IMG/VR virus record: IMGVR_UViG_3300008050_000022
Coordinates: 1-64,000 of that record
Length of the DNA stretch: 64,000 bases
Strand: one strand, 5' to 3'
DNA from: a virus
Every line of letters starts with the position of its first letter. The first letter of the stretch is position 1. A program made the position numbers and the translations under genes. Positions 1-9,624 of this stretch are shown piece after piece. The notes beneath the pieces were generated by a model that did no database searches, was not told the DNA's origin, and worked only from the letters and a program-made list of their open reading frames with translations.

Positions 1-304
1 CTGCCTCTACGATGCCTGAGATCTCTTGGGCCGCCTCTGCGAGGATAGTGTCCAGTGGTACGGACCGATCCGTCCCTTCGATGCAGAAGTAGATCAACCC
101 CGACGTGTAGTAGGGGCGAAGCTTCGCCTCCTCTGCCTTGATCATCTGAGCGGTGCCGATGACACCGAGACGGTGACGAAGCGGCTGACCGAACACAACC
201 AGCCTCTCGGCGGTACGCATGGCCTGGCTCCGTCTCTTCGCGGACATCGGAATGCGGACGTGTGCGGGGGCTCCCCCGGCGGTTAGGACGTGGTATCTGG
301 TCAT
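1..304 (-). CDS. Hypothetical protein downstream of the major capsid gene (3' end outside window; not in ORF track)
   Basis: Hand translation from ATG 304 (GGAGG SD upstream): MTRYHVLTAGGAPAHVRIPMSAKRRSQ..., open to position 1. Confidence 0.7.
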   Translation of the reverse strand, partial: MTRYHVLTAGGAPAHVRIPMSAKRRSQAMRTAERLVVFGQPLRHRLGVIGTAQMIKAEEAKLRPYYTSGLIYFCIEGTDRSVPLDTILAEAAQEISGIVEA

Positions 305-328
305 GTATCTGCCTCCAAATGTGACTAA

Positions 329-358
329 GCCCCCACTCTCCTGCCGGAGGGCGGGGGC
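329..358 (-). terminator. GC-rich stem-loop after the capsid gene
   Basis: Minus strand GCCCCCGCCCTCC-GGCA-GGAGAGTGGGGGC, about 30 nt past the MCP stop; no long U-tract. Confidence 0.55.
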
Positions 359-386
359 CCAGTCTACCCACCGAAGTAGGAGTCTT

Positions 387-1550
387 CTAGAAGATGAAGA
401 CTTCGGGGAACACGCCGCCAGTGGCGATCTTGTTGTTCGTGATCTCGAGCGCGTCCTCGGCACTCGGGATACGCACACCGAAGCCGATATCCGTGGCACC
501 GACCGTGATGGAGCCGGAGTAGAGCTCGAGCTTGGCGACGGCCGAGATGTTGCCGAAGCCCATCCCGATGTCTTCCCAGCTCTGCCACATGATCCGGTTG
601 GCCACCTTGTCGATGTAGAACTTGGTGTCGTTCAGGATGTAGAAGTACCCGAAGAACTCCGGCGCGGCGAAGATGTAGACGTTGCCGTCGCGCAGGATGT
701 TGTTCTTGATCGTGCGGATGACCTTCATCCCCATGACCTGCGAGTACTTGTAGCCGTCGACCACGGTCTCCGACTGCACCTGCGAACCCATGTCCTCCGT
801 GGTCCAGGTCAGGATGTCCGACCAGTCGCTCTCCGTGATCAGCATCCGCTCGGCCTGCAGCCGCTTCTGGATGAGGATCTTGAAGAGGTTGACGAAGTCA
901 GGACGCTGCACCGCACGAACCACGAAGTCGTCAGCAGCGGCGGCCAGGGCCAGGATGCCCTTGACCTTGCCACCACGGAGAAGACCCGTAGCTGCATCGA
1001 CGTCAAGGCCACCCAGGGCGACACCGGCGTTGACGTTGGTGCGGTTGAAGGGGACGGCGAGACCACCGTTGACCTCCGTCTGCATGAACTCGACCATCGA
1101 CTCGAGGTGGATCGTGAACTCGCGGTCCTCGATCTCCTGGATGTCCTTGCCCGAGTTGTCCTCGATCACCTTGGTGATCGGCATGCGGTAGGCCAGCAGC
1201 TCCTGCTCCACCTTCTCGAACTTCTCGCTCGAGATTGTGAAGAAGGCGATGGCGAATCGCGGGGCGTCGATGTAGCGAGCCTCGGGCTCGCCACGGAAGC
1301 CCATGCTCATCGCACGGCTCTGCGGCTCGACCTCTTCGATGCGGATCAGGGTGTCGTGGTTGAGAGACACCTGGCAGTCGGAGGGATCGATCGAGCGAGC
1401 GTTCATCACCTTGCGGCAATACGCTTCCTCTCGAAGGTGGTCACGGATGAACTCGCCTCCGTAGGCGGCCAGCTTGGTGCGGCCCTCGGAAGTTCCAGCC
1501 TCCTCGAAGAAGGTTTCGTTCATCACTCTGGATGCGGCGCTGTCGTACAT
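387..1550 (-). CDS. Major capsid protein (HK97-like fold, inferred)
   Basis: 387 aa, strong SD (AGAAAGGAG), strong GC3 bias, last gene of the protease-scaffold-decoration series; KDIQEIEDREF helix and C-terminal WEDIGMGFGN..AVAK typical of HK97-type capsids. Confidence 0.8.
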   Translation of the reverse strand: MYDSAASRVMNETFFEEAGTSEGRTKLAAYGGEFIRDHLREEAYCRKVMNARSIDPSDCQVSLNHDTLIRIEEVEPQSRAMSMGFRGEPEARYIDAPRFAIAFFTISSEKFEKVEQELLAYRMPITKVIEDNSGKDIQEIEDREFTIHLESMVEFMQTEVNGGLAVPFNRTNVNAGVALGGLDVDAATGLLRGGKVKGILALAAAADDFVVRAVQRPDFVNLFKILIQKRLQAERMLITESDWSDILTWTTEDMGSQVQSETVVDGYKYSQVMGMKVIRTIKNNILRDGNVYIFAAPEFFGYFYILNDTKFYIDKVANRIMWQSWEDIGMGFGNISAVAKLELYSGSITVGATDIGFGVRIPSAEDALEITNNKIATGGVFPEVFIF

Positions 1551-1574
1551 GCCTATCTCCTTTCTATGCCGCGC

Positions 1575-2171
1575 TTAGCGGAACAGGAACCGGACGAAGC
1601 CGGTGTTCTGGTTGACACTCACGACACGCGCCAGAGCGCCCTCGGCAGCCGCAGCCATGGCAGTTACCTCACCGGGAACGGGCTCGAGCAGGCCACGCAT
1701 GATCTGTCCACCCGCCACAGCGGTGAAGACGTTGCCGACGACCAGGGGATCGCCGACAGCGAGGAGGTTCAGGTCGACTCCCTGAACCGCCTGAGCAGCG
1801 GCGCTGCCCGAAACGATGTCCGTCTCCGCTTCGTAGGCATGGATCCGGATCACGGTGACCTTGCCACCGGCACCTCGGCCATCACCAGCCATCGCAGCAA
1901 GATCCGTACGACCTCGCTCACCGAAGACCTGGTAGTGGGGCGCACCGGTTACTACATCTCGGGCCGGGACTAGGATGTTGTTAGCGCCGCCTCGCTGGAG
2001 GCTGCCGACGGCCGCGGGATCATCCTGCAGCCACTCACCATCTCGGTAGAAGGCTGCGTCGTCGGGGTTCAGGGGGTTGTGTCCTACCGCATCGACGCCG
2101 CCGGCACGAGGGGCCCAGGGAAGGGACCGCATGACGCTCGGCGACCAGGGGCTAAAGAGTCTCAGGGTCAT
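1575..2171 (-). CDS. Putative capsid decoration/cement protein
   Basis: 198 aa, beta-rich, directly upstream of MCP, SD present. Confidence 0.5.
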   Translation of the reverse strand: MTLRLFSPWSPSVMRSLPWAPRAGGVDAVGHNPLNPDDAAFYRDGEWLQDDPAAVGSLQRGGANNILVPARDVVTGAPHYQVFGERGRTDLAAMAGDGRGAGGKVTVIRIHAYEAETDIVSGSAAAQAVQGVDLNLLAVGDPLVVGNVFTAVAGGQIMRGLLEPVPGEVTAMAAAAEGALARVVSVNQNTGFVRFLFR

Positions 2172-2187
2172 CGGAGTTCTCCTAGGT

Positions 2188-2550
2188 CTACTCGTCTACA
2201 TCTCGGGTGAGCAAGAACTCACCCAATCTGCTGGTTCGGCGACCGGAAGGGGAGTGATCGACGACCGAAGCCAACTTCACACCACCACCGGCCACTAGGT
2301 CAACTGCCTTCTCATAGGCAGCCATCTCACTTGGCGGGAGTTCTGCTAGGTGGGCAACCTTCTCTTCGAAGGTGAGCTCACCATGCATGTTCTTCTCTTC
2401 CAGGGCGTGTGCGATCTTCTCGCACCGCTCCTTGCTCTCGTAGGCGGCAACCTTCTCCCGGAGGATCCGGTTCTCCGCTGCCTGCTTGCGGACCGCCTGC
2501 CCGGCCTGACGGAGGACAGTGGCTGCCTGCATGCCGCTGATCTTGTTCAT
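2188..2550 (-). CDS. Putative scaffold/head assembly protein (helical, KxA-rich)
   Basis: 120 aa coiled-coil-like; 5 of 9 Lys in K-x-A; SD AGGAG. Confidence 0.55.
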   Translation of the reverse strand: MNKISGMQAATVLRQAGQAVRKQAAENRILREKVAAYESKERCEKIAHALEEKNMHGELTFEEKVAHLAELPPSEMAAYEKAVDLVAGGGVKLASVVDHSPSGRRTSRLGEFLLTRDVDE

Positions 2551-2559
2551 GGCGTACTC

Positions 2560-4068
2560 CTAGTAGCCGGGGATGGAGGGAGTGATGCTGGAACCGGAGT
2601 TCGGCATCCCTGTCATCGATGACGAGCCCTGCATCCGCTCCCCGTTCGCACGAGCAGCATCCTGTAGGGACTCCCGGAAGGCGGACTCACGCTCTAGGCG
2701 GCGATCATCCAGAGACTTGTCTTCGGTCTGGAAGCCGCCCCGGTCGAGAGAGGCCTGCTTCTCGGCGGGGTTTGCTGCCTGATGGATGCCTGCAAGTCCT
2801 CCCACAACAGGAGCTGCAACCATCCCGGCGCCCCCTGCCAGGGCGCGGGCCAGGTTGAGCCGCTGAAGCTCTCCCTGTGCGCCTAGACTGATGCCGCTCC
2901 GGGCCAAGAGACCGGCACCTGCACCCATGCCTCCTCCCACCAAAGCTCCCGCTGCCGCACCCCGTAGAGCGGCGGCCCCGCGGTTCTCTCCGTGGGGGGC
3001 CGCCAGAGCTCCACCAGCTCCACCTAGGGCACCGCCCACCCCGCCACCAAGAAGGCCGGCACGCGCCGCAGCTTGGAGGTAGGACGACTCCTTCACTGAT
3101 CCGGGTTGAACCGACCCCCTCAGAGCACGATCCACAAGCTCCTTGCGGGCTAGGGAAGCGAGCTTGCTGACCTCCGTGTGCGAGAGGTTCTTCTGGAGGA
3201 CGTCGTCCGATCCCCTGTCCAGGATCGGGGCGCTCAGCACCTTGCCGACCTCCCTCTTCACGAACTTGGTCTTGGCGTCACGCTTGTTGTAGTTGATCGC
3301 AGCCCGGTTCGAGCCGATAACGGAGGGGGACGGCTGCTTCGGGACGTTCTCGCCTGCCTGGCTAGCGCCGGACGGGTTTCCCAGGGGGGCAGCGTTCCGC
3401 TTGCCGGTGATCCTGGCCTTCGCGCCCTCTCCCCTGGAGCTGGGGGAGAACTCGGCCTGCTTGCGAAGGGCACGTCCCATCGCGAAGGCAGACTTCACCG
3501 AAGAGTCTCGGATCGGGCCTCGCTCCGGGTAGGCACCGCCGCCACCGGGAACGTCGTTCAGGTCGTTGCTCATCAGACCGGGAGCAGTGTGCTCGGAGCT
3601 GGCCGGGTTGTTGGTGCTTCGGGGAATGGCGTATCCGCTAGCACCTGCCGTAGCCCGCTGCTGCGTACCGCCACCACCAGGCCGGCGCTGGAGATCGTGC
3701 CTCATCGCGCTGCCGCCCATGCCGGGGGAGATCGAGGGCGCTTCACCAGTGTGCCTCGGGATCTCCTGCATCGCAGTGACGATCTTGAACTTGAGACGGG
3801 GATCAGACTCGACCTCTCCGACGATGTCGTAGGCCTGCTTGACTCTCTCGAGGCTCGTAGAGTCCTCGATCAGCTGCCCGCCTTCGATGCAGTCAGCCAG
3901 GTACTCCAGAGCGGAAGCGGTCTTTTCCGCCTCGTCGTTCGAGGATCGCTGATAGATCTCAGCAGGAGGGAGGTACGACGCCTCCTTCTCCATAGGCTCG
4001 TCGGCAAGCTTCTGGGCGGCAGTCTTCATCAGACCGGCGACCATTCTGTCGAGAGTGTGCTCGCTCAT
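2560..4068 (-). CDS. Virion head/core protein with KxA sites and a glycine-zipper cassette
   Basis: 502 aa; KTAA, KLAD, KEAS, KTAS, KQAY, KSAF, KQAE, KLAS, KQAS; GGGVGGALGGAGGALA segment. Confidence 0.6.
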   Translation of the reverse strand: MSEHTLDRMVAGLMKTAAQKLADEPMEKEASYLPPAEIYQRSSNDEAEKTASALEYLADCIEGGQLIEDSTSLERVKQAYDIVGEVESDPRLKFKIVTAMQEIPRHTGEAPSISPGMGGSAMRHDLQRRPGGGGTQQRATAGASGYAIPRSTNNPASSEHTAPGLMSNDLNDVPGGGGAYPERGPIRDSSVKSAFAMGRALRKQAEFSPSSRGEGAKARITGKRNAAPLGNPSGASQAGENVPKQPSPSVIGSNRAAINYNKRDAKTKFVKREVGKVLSAPILDRGSDDVLQKNLSHTEVSKLASLARKELVDRALRGSVQPGSVKESSYLQAAARAGLLGGGVGGALGGAGGALAAPHGENRGAAALRGAAAGALVGGGMGAGAGLLARSGISLGAQGELQRLNLARALAGGAGMVAAPVVGGLAGIHQAANPAEKQASLDRGGFQTEDKSLDDRRLERESAFRESLQDAARANGERMQGSSSMTGMPNSGSSITPSIPGY

Positions 4069-4322
4069 TACGTCCTCACTGCTGGGGGTGGGACAGTTTG
4101 CCCCGTGTTCAGTCCTAAGCTGCCTGTTACCGGACTCGAGTTGACCTTGGGGGCCTTCGAGAAGCCGGCTTTCTGAGAAGTCGTTTTCAGCCTACCGAGG
4201 CTGGGGGTCTTGGTCGACACGTTCATTAGGCCTACGTCAGGCTTCGGGACAGCCGGAGGAGCGGCTGACATAGCCAGCTTCTGGGTCTCAGCGAAGAATG
4301 ACGAGAGCATCGTGTTCCACAT
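4068..4322 (-). CDS. Small protein with F-x-x-E-x-x-K-L-A leader
   Basis: ATG 4322 (MWNTMLSSFFAETQKLAM) preferred over track start 4376, which lies at a hairpin; TAATG coupling to next gene. Confidence 0.55.
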   Translation of the reverse strand: MWNTMLSSFFAETQKLAMSAAPPAVPKPDVGLMNVSTKTPSLGRLKTTSQKAGFSKAPKVNSSPVTGSLGLNTGQTVPPPAVRT

Positions 4323-4342
4323 GACCGGTCTTGTAGGGGGGT

Positions 4343-4375
4343 TGGGGGAGGCTCTCTTAGGGGGAGCCTCCCCCA
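4343..4375 (-). terminator. Intergenic GC hairpin with CTAA loop
   Basis: Minus strand TGGGGGAGGCTC...CTAA...GAGCCTCCCCCA just after the stop at 4386. Confidence 0.55.
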
Positions 4376-4385
4376 CCCAGGTTGG

Positions 4386-5264
4386 CTAGATGTACCCGTG
4401 CTCTTCCAGGAGCTCGTACGCCATCTCGTCGATGGGGTCACCCTCGTAGAGGGGGTACTCGTACCCGGCTTCCGCGTGCTTGATGAAGTCGTTGGCCCGG
4501 ACCTCCGCGAGGGTCCAGTAGGCGCCAGCGGTCTTCTTCGATCCCGCGTGGTAGGCACCGGCGGCGAGGCCACCAGCAGCCAGGGCACCAGCCGCACCCG
4601 GACCGTACTTGGCCAGACGGGTGTTCGCGTTCGCGCACCCACCGAGACGGAACTTGCCTCGCGCCATCGAGCCACGCATCTTGTCGCCACGGGTCAGCTT
4701 GTCGACCTTCGAGCTCAGGTTGGCACGCATGTCGCCCTTGCCAACGCCGCTGCGCCGGAAGGAGCTGCGACGGCCAGTGGCACCGCGCGCCCTCGCACTG
4801 GAGACCGTCTCCCCTAGGGCCTCGAGCTGCTTCTTCTTCATGGCCGCGTTCCGACCCGCAGCACCACGGCCCTGCTTCAGGCCCTTGGCGCCCGGAGCGT
4901 TGGACTCGGTCTTCCAGCGAGAACGGGCGAGCTTGTCCATCTCGGAGTCCATGGAGTGCGCCATGACCTGACCGAGGAACTCGGCCTCCTTGAACTGCAC
5001 GAAGGCCGTCTTCTCGGCATCGTCCAGGTAGTTGTAGTGCTCGACGTCGTCGTGGTCCCAGTTCGGGGGGAGGTCGTCGCCCTCGTCCTCGTCCATGTAG
5101 TAGTCGGCGAGGGCGTCGATCTCTTCGTCGTCGAGGGCTTCGGCGTCGATTCCGTCTTCGGCAGCAGCTGCCTTGAACAGGTGCCAGATCTCGGACTCGT
5201 CACCAGCGGCGGCGGTCTTCTCGGTGCCGTAGTAGTCGGCAAGCCAGGAGTTCACATCGGACAT
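4386..5264 (-). CDS. Acidic scaffold/core-like protein with a basic Gly/Ala insert
   Basis: 292 aa; acidic N- and C-termini; basic cassette between DKLA and KKTA; SD GGAG. Confidence 0.6.
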   Translation of the reverse strand: MSDVNSWLADYYGTEKTAAAGDESEIWHLFKAAAAEDGIDAEALDDEEIDALADYYMDEDEGDDLPPNWDHDDVEHYNYLDDAEKTAFVQFKEAEFLGQVMAHSMDSEMDKLARSRWKTESNAPGAKGLKQGRGAAGRNAAMKKKQLEALGETVSSARARGATGRRSSFRRSGVGKGDMRANLSSKVDKLTRGDKMRGSMARGKFRLGGCANANTRLAKYGPGAAGALAAGGLAAGAYHAGSKKTAGAYWTLAEVRANDFIKHAEAGYEYPLYEGDPIDEMAYELLEEHGYI

Positions 5265-5328
5265 GTCAGTCTCTCCAGAGAGTGGGTGGGGGGTGTCTGG
5301 TCCCAGCGTCTTCGAGGTTGTGTTACCT

Positions 5329-7224
5329 CTACACTAGTACTTGGATCGCTGCCCTCACTTCAGAGGGATCGGCGACGGGATGCATGGAATCGTTGCTAAA
5401 CGACCCTGGGCCATCTTGCCCAGTAGTGTCAGCGTTGATCAACCCTCTTCTTGCCTCCGCCGAGATGTAGGCCGTTTTGAGGTAGACGTAAGGTGCTACC
5501 TGGGCCAACACCTCGAGGGGCGAGGCGGTGTGGGAGGACGATTGCTTAATTCCTGCCTGGGAGTCAAGCGTGTCCTGTCTATAGAGCGCCTTTCGGAGCT
5601 CTGGACTGTCGAGGGATTCTTGAATGTGGGGGAGTGCGAGCTCTACCCCTTCCCGGTACGCAGCGTAGCCAGAAGCCAACTTGTCTAGCAGCGGACTGGA
5701 TCTCGGAGTCCAGGATCTCTTCTGTCGAGGAGGGGCCTGGAAGATCATGGTGATCCGCCGCTTCATGACTGGCGGGGCCATCGATCTGGATTCTACATGC
5801 CCCAACAAGGACCGGACCAGATCCATGATCCTACTCTGTGGCATCCCTAGATCTAGCGGCTCTTCCCGGCAACTGCACGACTGATCGAACACTGTGCCTT
5901 CTCGCCGGAAGTGATCTGCCTGACGGCCCATGCCTGCGTGCCGAAGCGCTACGTCCTGGAACTCGTGAGGCTTCAGGATGATCCCTGCCCTCGAGGGGGC
6001 AGCCAAGGCGTCACTCAAAGAGCGGGAACGCGAGAGTCTCCGTAGAGATCTGTCCGGTAGGTCGGGCTCGTGGTCCTCGAGCCGCTTCATCACCTTGTCC
6101 GGTCCGCCGGGAAGACGCTTGATCATCTCACTGAACTTGATCGCAGCCCTCTTGTTTCGCAACTGTTCAGTTGCGGCTACAGCAGCGTCACGGAAATTGT
6201 CTCGAGCTGCAGCTTCCTTAGCCAGATCCATAACAGAGATACGTGCCAGGGGAGGCAAGAGGTTCAGCACCTCCGGCTGCTCCCTCACGAATTCGCGTAC
6301 CTTGCTCTGTACTTCTGGGCGATCCCTCTTGGAAAGGAGCTCCTCCGGCATCCTGTTCAGGATCTCCGATGCCCGCTTTTCCCCGTAGAAGAGCTCACCG
6401 CGTTCTGCAGAAGGCATCGCGATGCCTCCAGGAGAGAACACCCAGGATCGCGTCTGATTGTGCGCCAGCTTGGCCATGACCATGGCAGTTCGATCAGCTC
6501 CGATGATCACGAAACTGTCGTCGAAGAAGTTGGGGTAGTCGTTGTGAACGGCGCAGACAGACCCGTCGTCCAGGACCTTGTTCATCCCGAAGCGAGGATC
6601 TTTGTTGTTGACGTGCTTGCAGTAGCTCGCCTTGGTCTTCGCCAAGTTCCCACACTGCGTGCATCGATCGTACGGAACTCGACAGCCCATCGAGGTAGGC
6701 GGGAAGATCCCCTCCAGAATCTTCCGAACTAGGGGCATGGCCCCCTGCCGCTCACACAGGTCGTGGTTCAGGTCGAAGATCGTCTCGACCCGGTGCATCC
6801 TGGGATTCCAGGAAGCCAGGATGATCCTCCCCAGTGTCTTGCTGGGATCCTTGTTCTGATGATGCTGGAAGATGTGAGCGTTGTAGAAGGTCGGGTACCC
6901 GAACCGGATACCTCTCGCAGCTGACGCCCTGCCCTCGACATCCCACGGAGAGATGGAGGCCATCTTCTCGTGGCCGTTCAGCAAGCCGGCTTCAGGGAAC
7001 GTGTCCCCGTTGACGTTGCTGCCGTAGTACTCGAAGGACCCTAGAGCGTTGTTCAGGACGTAGGTGTGTCCTTGTTCCGGCTCCATCCGCTCGATGAACC
7101 CCTTCACCTCATCCGACAAGGTGTCCGCCCCAGCCATCTTGGCCAAGGGGTACCTTTCCGGGATCAAGTGGGTGAAGGCGCTACCGCTCTCCGACCCCTC
7201 GAAGTGGAGGAGCTTCTCCATCAT
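5329..7224 (-). CDS. Prohead (capsid maturation) protease with Zn-finger
   Basis: N-x-N-G-D-x-F motif, HIFQHH (candidate catalytic His), TSMGC (candidate catalytic Ser) followed by CTQCGN...CKH; upstream of scaffold and capsid genes. Confidence 0.7.
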   Translation of the reverse strand: MMEKLLHFEGSESGSAFTHLIPERYPLAKMAGADTLSDEVKGFIERMEPEQGHTYVLNNALGSFEYYGSNVNGDTFPEAGLLNGHEKMASISPWDVEGRASAARGIRFGYPTFYNAHIFQHHQNKDPSKTLGRIILASWNPRMHRVETIFDLNHDLCERQGAMPLVRKILEGIFPPTSMGCRVPYDRCTQCGNLAKTKASYCKHVNNKDPRFGMNKVLDDGSVCAVHNDYPNFFDDSFVIIGADRTAMVMAKLAHNQTRSWVFSPGGIAMPSAERGELFYGEKRASEILNRMPEELLSKRDRPEVQSKVREFVREQPEVLNLLPPLARISVMDLAKEAAARDNFRDAAVAATEQLRNKRAAIKFSEMIKRLPGGPDKVMKRLEDHEPDLPDRSLRRLSRSRSLSDALAAPSRAGIILKPHEFQDVALRHAGMGRQADHFRREGTVFDQSCSCREEPLDLGMPQSRIMDLVRSLLGHVESRSMAPPVMKRRITMIFQAPPRQKRSWTPRSSPLLDKLASGYAAYREGVELALPHIQESLDSPELRKALYRQDTLDSQAGIKQSSSHTASPLEVLAQVAPYVYLKTAYISAEARRGLINADTTGQDGPGSFSNDSMHPVADPSEVRAAIQVLV

Positions 7225-7231
7225 CGGCTAG

Positions 7232-7759
7232 CTACCACCTCTCTCGAAGCTCTTCACGCTCTCGGAGAACTCGAGCGAGCCGAAGCTGTGCTGAGGCAGA
7301 CTTGTCGAAGATGTCGGGGGAGCCGAACCCCTTTCCAAAGCCTGCTGCGAACACGCCCGGAATGGCTTGCGCCGGGTTCCGGTACTTGTCCTCGATCTCC
7401 ACCAGCTGCTTGACCTGGCTCGGGTCGATCAGCTCGTCGTAGTCCACGACCTTCCGGACGAACGTGCCGGCCACCATGGGATCAGCCGCCATGGAGGGAG
7501 AGAAGTTGTGCAGAGTACGGAACGCTCGCTGAGCAGGGACGGTGTCCTTGATCTTGTTCTCCCCCAGCATGTTCCGATAGTGCTTGCCCTTGTTGACCTG
7601 TGACATGCCCTTGTGGATCTTGCGCTCCAACACGGTGGCCATCGCCGAACCTAGGGCCAGTGCGCCTACCGAGCCTGCTCCGGCCAAGAGACCCTTCAGG
7701 GCTCCCGCACCTAGCTGCTCTACCCCTGCCAGCTTGCGGATTTCAGACATCTTGCGCAT
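7232..7759 (-). CDS. Virion protein with a hydrophobic N-terminal helix
   Basis: 175 aa; RKLAG leader then GALKGLLAGAGSVGALALGSAMA; C-terminal DKSAS. Confidence 0.55.
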   Translation of the reverse strand: MRKMSEIRKLAGVEQLGAGALKGLLAGAGSVGALALGSAMATVLERKIHKGMSQVNKGKHYRNMLGENKIKDTVPAQRAFRTLHNFSPSMAADPMVAGTFVRKVVDYDELIDPSQVKQLVEIEDKYRNPAQAIPGVFAAGFGKGFGSPDIFDKSASAQLRLARVLREREELRERW

Positions 7760-7998
7760 TAGTAGATTCCTGTTGTTGATGGGCCGTGTAGAGGATTGGG
7801 CCGTTTGTGTCGAGGAAGGGCCTGCCGACCCTGAGTGATCGCAGCAATCCGAGGATTGATCGCCTGGTAGTTCTTCTTCAAGGCCTTGCCGCCCAGGTAC
7901 GCGGCACCGCCCCCAACCATCACATGTAGCGGGTGGTTGACTGCCCAGCGAAGAGCAGATGCCTCCTTGATGAAGGCGGACCAGGAAGCTGGACTCAC
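7759..7998 (-). CDS. Small protein with KEAS leader and a Gly-rich helix
   Basis: MSPASWSAFIKEASA...VMVGGGAAYLGGKALKK; coupled to both neighbours. Confidence 0.6.
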   Translation of the reverse strand: MSPASWSAFIKEASALRWAVNHPLHVMVGGGAAYLGGKALKKNYQAINPRIAAITQGRQALPRHKRPNPLHGPSTTGIY

Positions 7999-8885
7999 CG
8001 AACGTGGTCCCTCAGGAAGCCGTTGATCTTCTTCTTCTCTTCGTCAGCCAGCTTCTTCGCCACCCGGATCTCCGCCACCTTGATCTGCGAGTGTCGGAAG
8101 GCCCCGAACGCCGTAGAGATGGGGTTGGTGTCCTTGACGTCCAGGTGCGACAGCTTCTGCATGACGGCAGGCCGGAAGCTGGGACTGGCCATACCTACCC
8201 GGTGATGAGCTAGGGACACCGCCTCCGCAGCCTCCTTGACTCCCGCCTCGCTGCTGTCTACGTGCAAGCAGACTACTGCGAGAGCTTCTGTGGGCTGCCC
8301 TTCCTTGAGTGCCTCCGCCATCTTGTCGACCATGGTGGCGTGAGCTCGTCGAGCCAAGGACAGCTCTCGAGTCTCGTCAGCAGCCAGCTTGTTGATCGCA
8401 GCACTGATCTTGGTGCGAGCATCGAGCAACCTGTTCAGCGGGAACGCTTCCGAAGTAGGCGGACCTACAGGACGCACTGCTGCAGCAGCCTTCTCCATCA
8501 CAGCTACACCGGCGGACTTGATGTATCGAGTGGGCGTCTCGGAGTACGCTAGGGATGCCAGCTTCGTGGGAGCAGGACCTGAGAAGCCGCCTGCCACTAC
8601 CGTCGGATCGGCGACGTCGAAGTCGGGAACCCGGAAGTCCCCGGACGCCTGCTTGAACATGGCGTTGAACGTCGCCTGGTTGGCGTACTCGCACGCTCGC
8701 CGGAGCTGCTCCTGGTTCATGTCGGCCGAAGCACGCTTCGTCAGGGAGGCGTTCAGCGGCACCCCTCTCTCGAGGTAGTCCGCAGCCGCCTGCTTGCCCA
8801 TGAGCTCTAGACGTTCCTTGGAGACGCCCTTGACGCTAGAAGAGCCCTGGAGCAGTGCTGCGAAAGGTCCGAAGTCGTTCATCAT
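7995..8885 (-). CDS. KxA-rich head/core protein
   Basis: 296 aa; 11 of 21 Lys in K-x-A context; SD GGAG. Confidence 0.65.
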   Translation of the reverse strand: MMNDFGPFAALLQGSSSVKGVSKERLELMGKQAAADYLERGVPLNASLTKRASADMNQEQLRRACEYANQATFNAMFKQASGDFRVPDFDVADPTVVAGGFSGPAPTKLASLAYSETPTRYIKSAGVAVMEKAAAAVRPVGPPTSEAFPLNRLLDARTKISAAINKLAADETRELSLARRAHATMVDKMAEALKEGQPTEALAVVCLHVDSSEAGVKEAAEAVSLAHHRVGMASPSFRPAVMQKLSHLDVKDTNPISTAFGAFRHSQIKVAEIRVAKKLADEEKKKINGFLRDHVR

Positions 8886-8928
8886 GTCTCCGCAGGAACC
8901 GAAAGGCTGCCTTCGCTATGATCCGAGG

Positions 8929-9624
8929 ATGCAGACACCTCTGATCGACAAGCGCACGGCAGCCGAAACTCTAGGCAGAGGATGCCGCAGTGTTGAGCTC
9001 TATGCCAAGCGAGGAATGCTAGCAAGGGTTCGTCGAGGGCATCGAGTCTACTTTCTGCGTGACGAAGTGGAGGGCCTGCGAGAAGAGCTCGACCAGGGCA
9101 GTCCCTCCGCCTCGAACACCGAGATACTACTCCGTCTGAAGCGCTTGGAGGCGAATGTCGAGTTTCTCCTCATGCTGCAAGACGCGAAACGTAGCTCTCT
9201 CCTAACTGAACAAGAGCTACTAGAGCTACTGCCAAACGCTCAAGCAGGGCTAAAGAAGGAGCACTGGTCTGTCGAGGACCTGCTCAAGTGGTACCAGATC
9301 TACACTCGCCTGACCGACGAGGATCTGTACGTCCTGCACAGAGAGCTCGTGAAACGAGGCAGAAGGGGCAGCCATGCCTGGCTGATCCCCTACAAGCTGT
9401 GCGTGACGCAGGTGGCGTATATACGCAAGCATCCTCGGTTCGGTTCCATGTTGGATCTCCAGCGAGCTCACGCTCTGCTACTGAAGGCCCGGAACATCAT
9501 GCGAGATCGAATCCTGCTGGAGTTCGGAGATGAGCTACTGGATGTAGCGGATGCCTACGAGAAGAAGTTCGGAGCTCGTCCTCGTCTACGGGACGAGCTC
9601 ATGGCTTCAATTCTTGCGGGCTGA
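8929..9624 (+). CDS. MerR/excisionase-type HTH DNA-binding protein
   Basis: MQTPLIDKRTAAETLGRGCRSVELYAKRGML...VYFLRDEVE winged HTH then coiled coil; ATG 8929 lies 6 nt after TATGAT. Confidence 0.7.
   Translation: MQTPLIDKRTAAETLGRGCRSVELYAKRGMLARVRRGHRVYFLRDEVEGLREELDQGSPSASNTEILLRLKRLEANVEFLLMLQDAKRSSLLTEQELLELLPNAQAGLKKEHWSVEDLLKWYQIYTRLTDEDLYVLHRELVKRGRRGSHAWLIPYKLCVTQVAYIRKHPRFGSMLDLQRAHALLLKARNIMRDRILLEFGDELLDVADAYEKKFGARPRLRDELMASILAG

Noticed and set aside
219-1973. 584-aa plus-strand ORF and other long antisense ORFs (e.g. 3178-4176, 41553-42842, 43427-44842)
   Set aside because: Shadow frames opposite strongly GC3-biased real genes; no SD and no motifs
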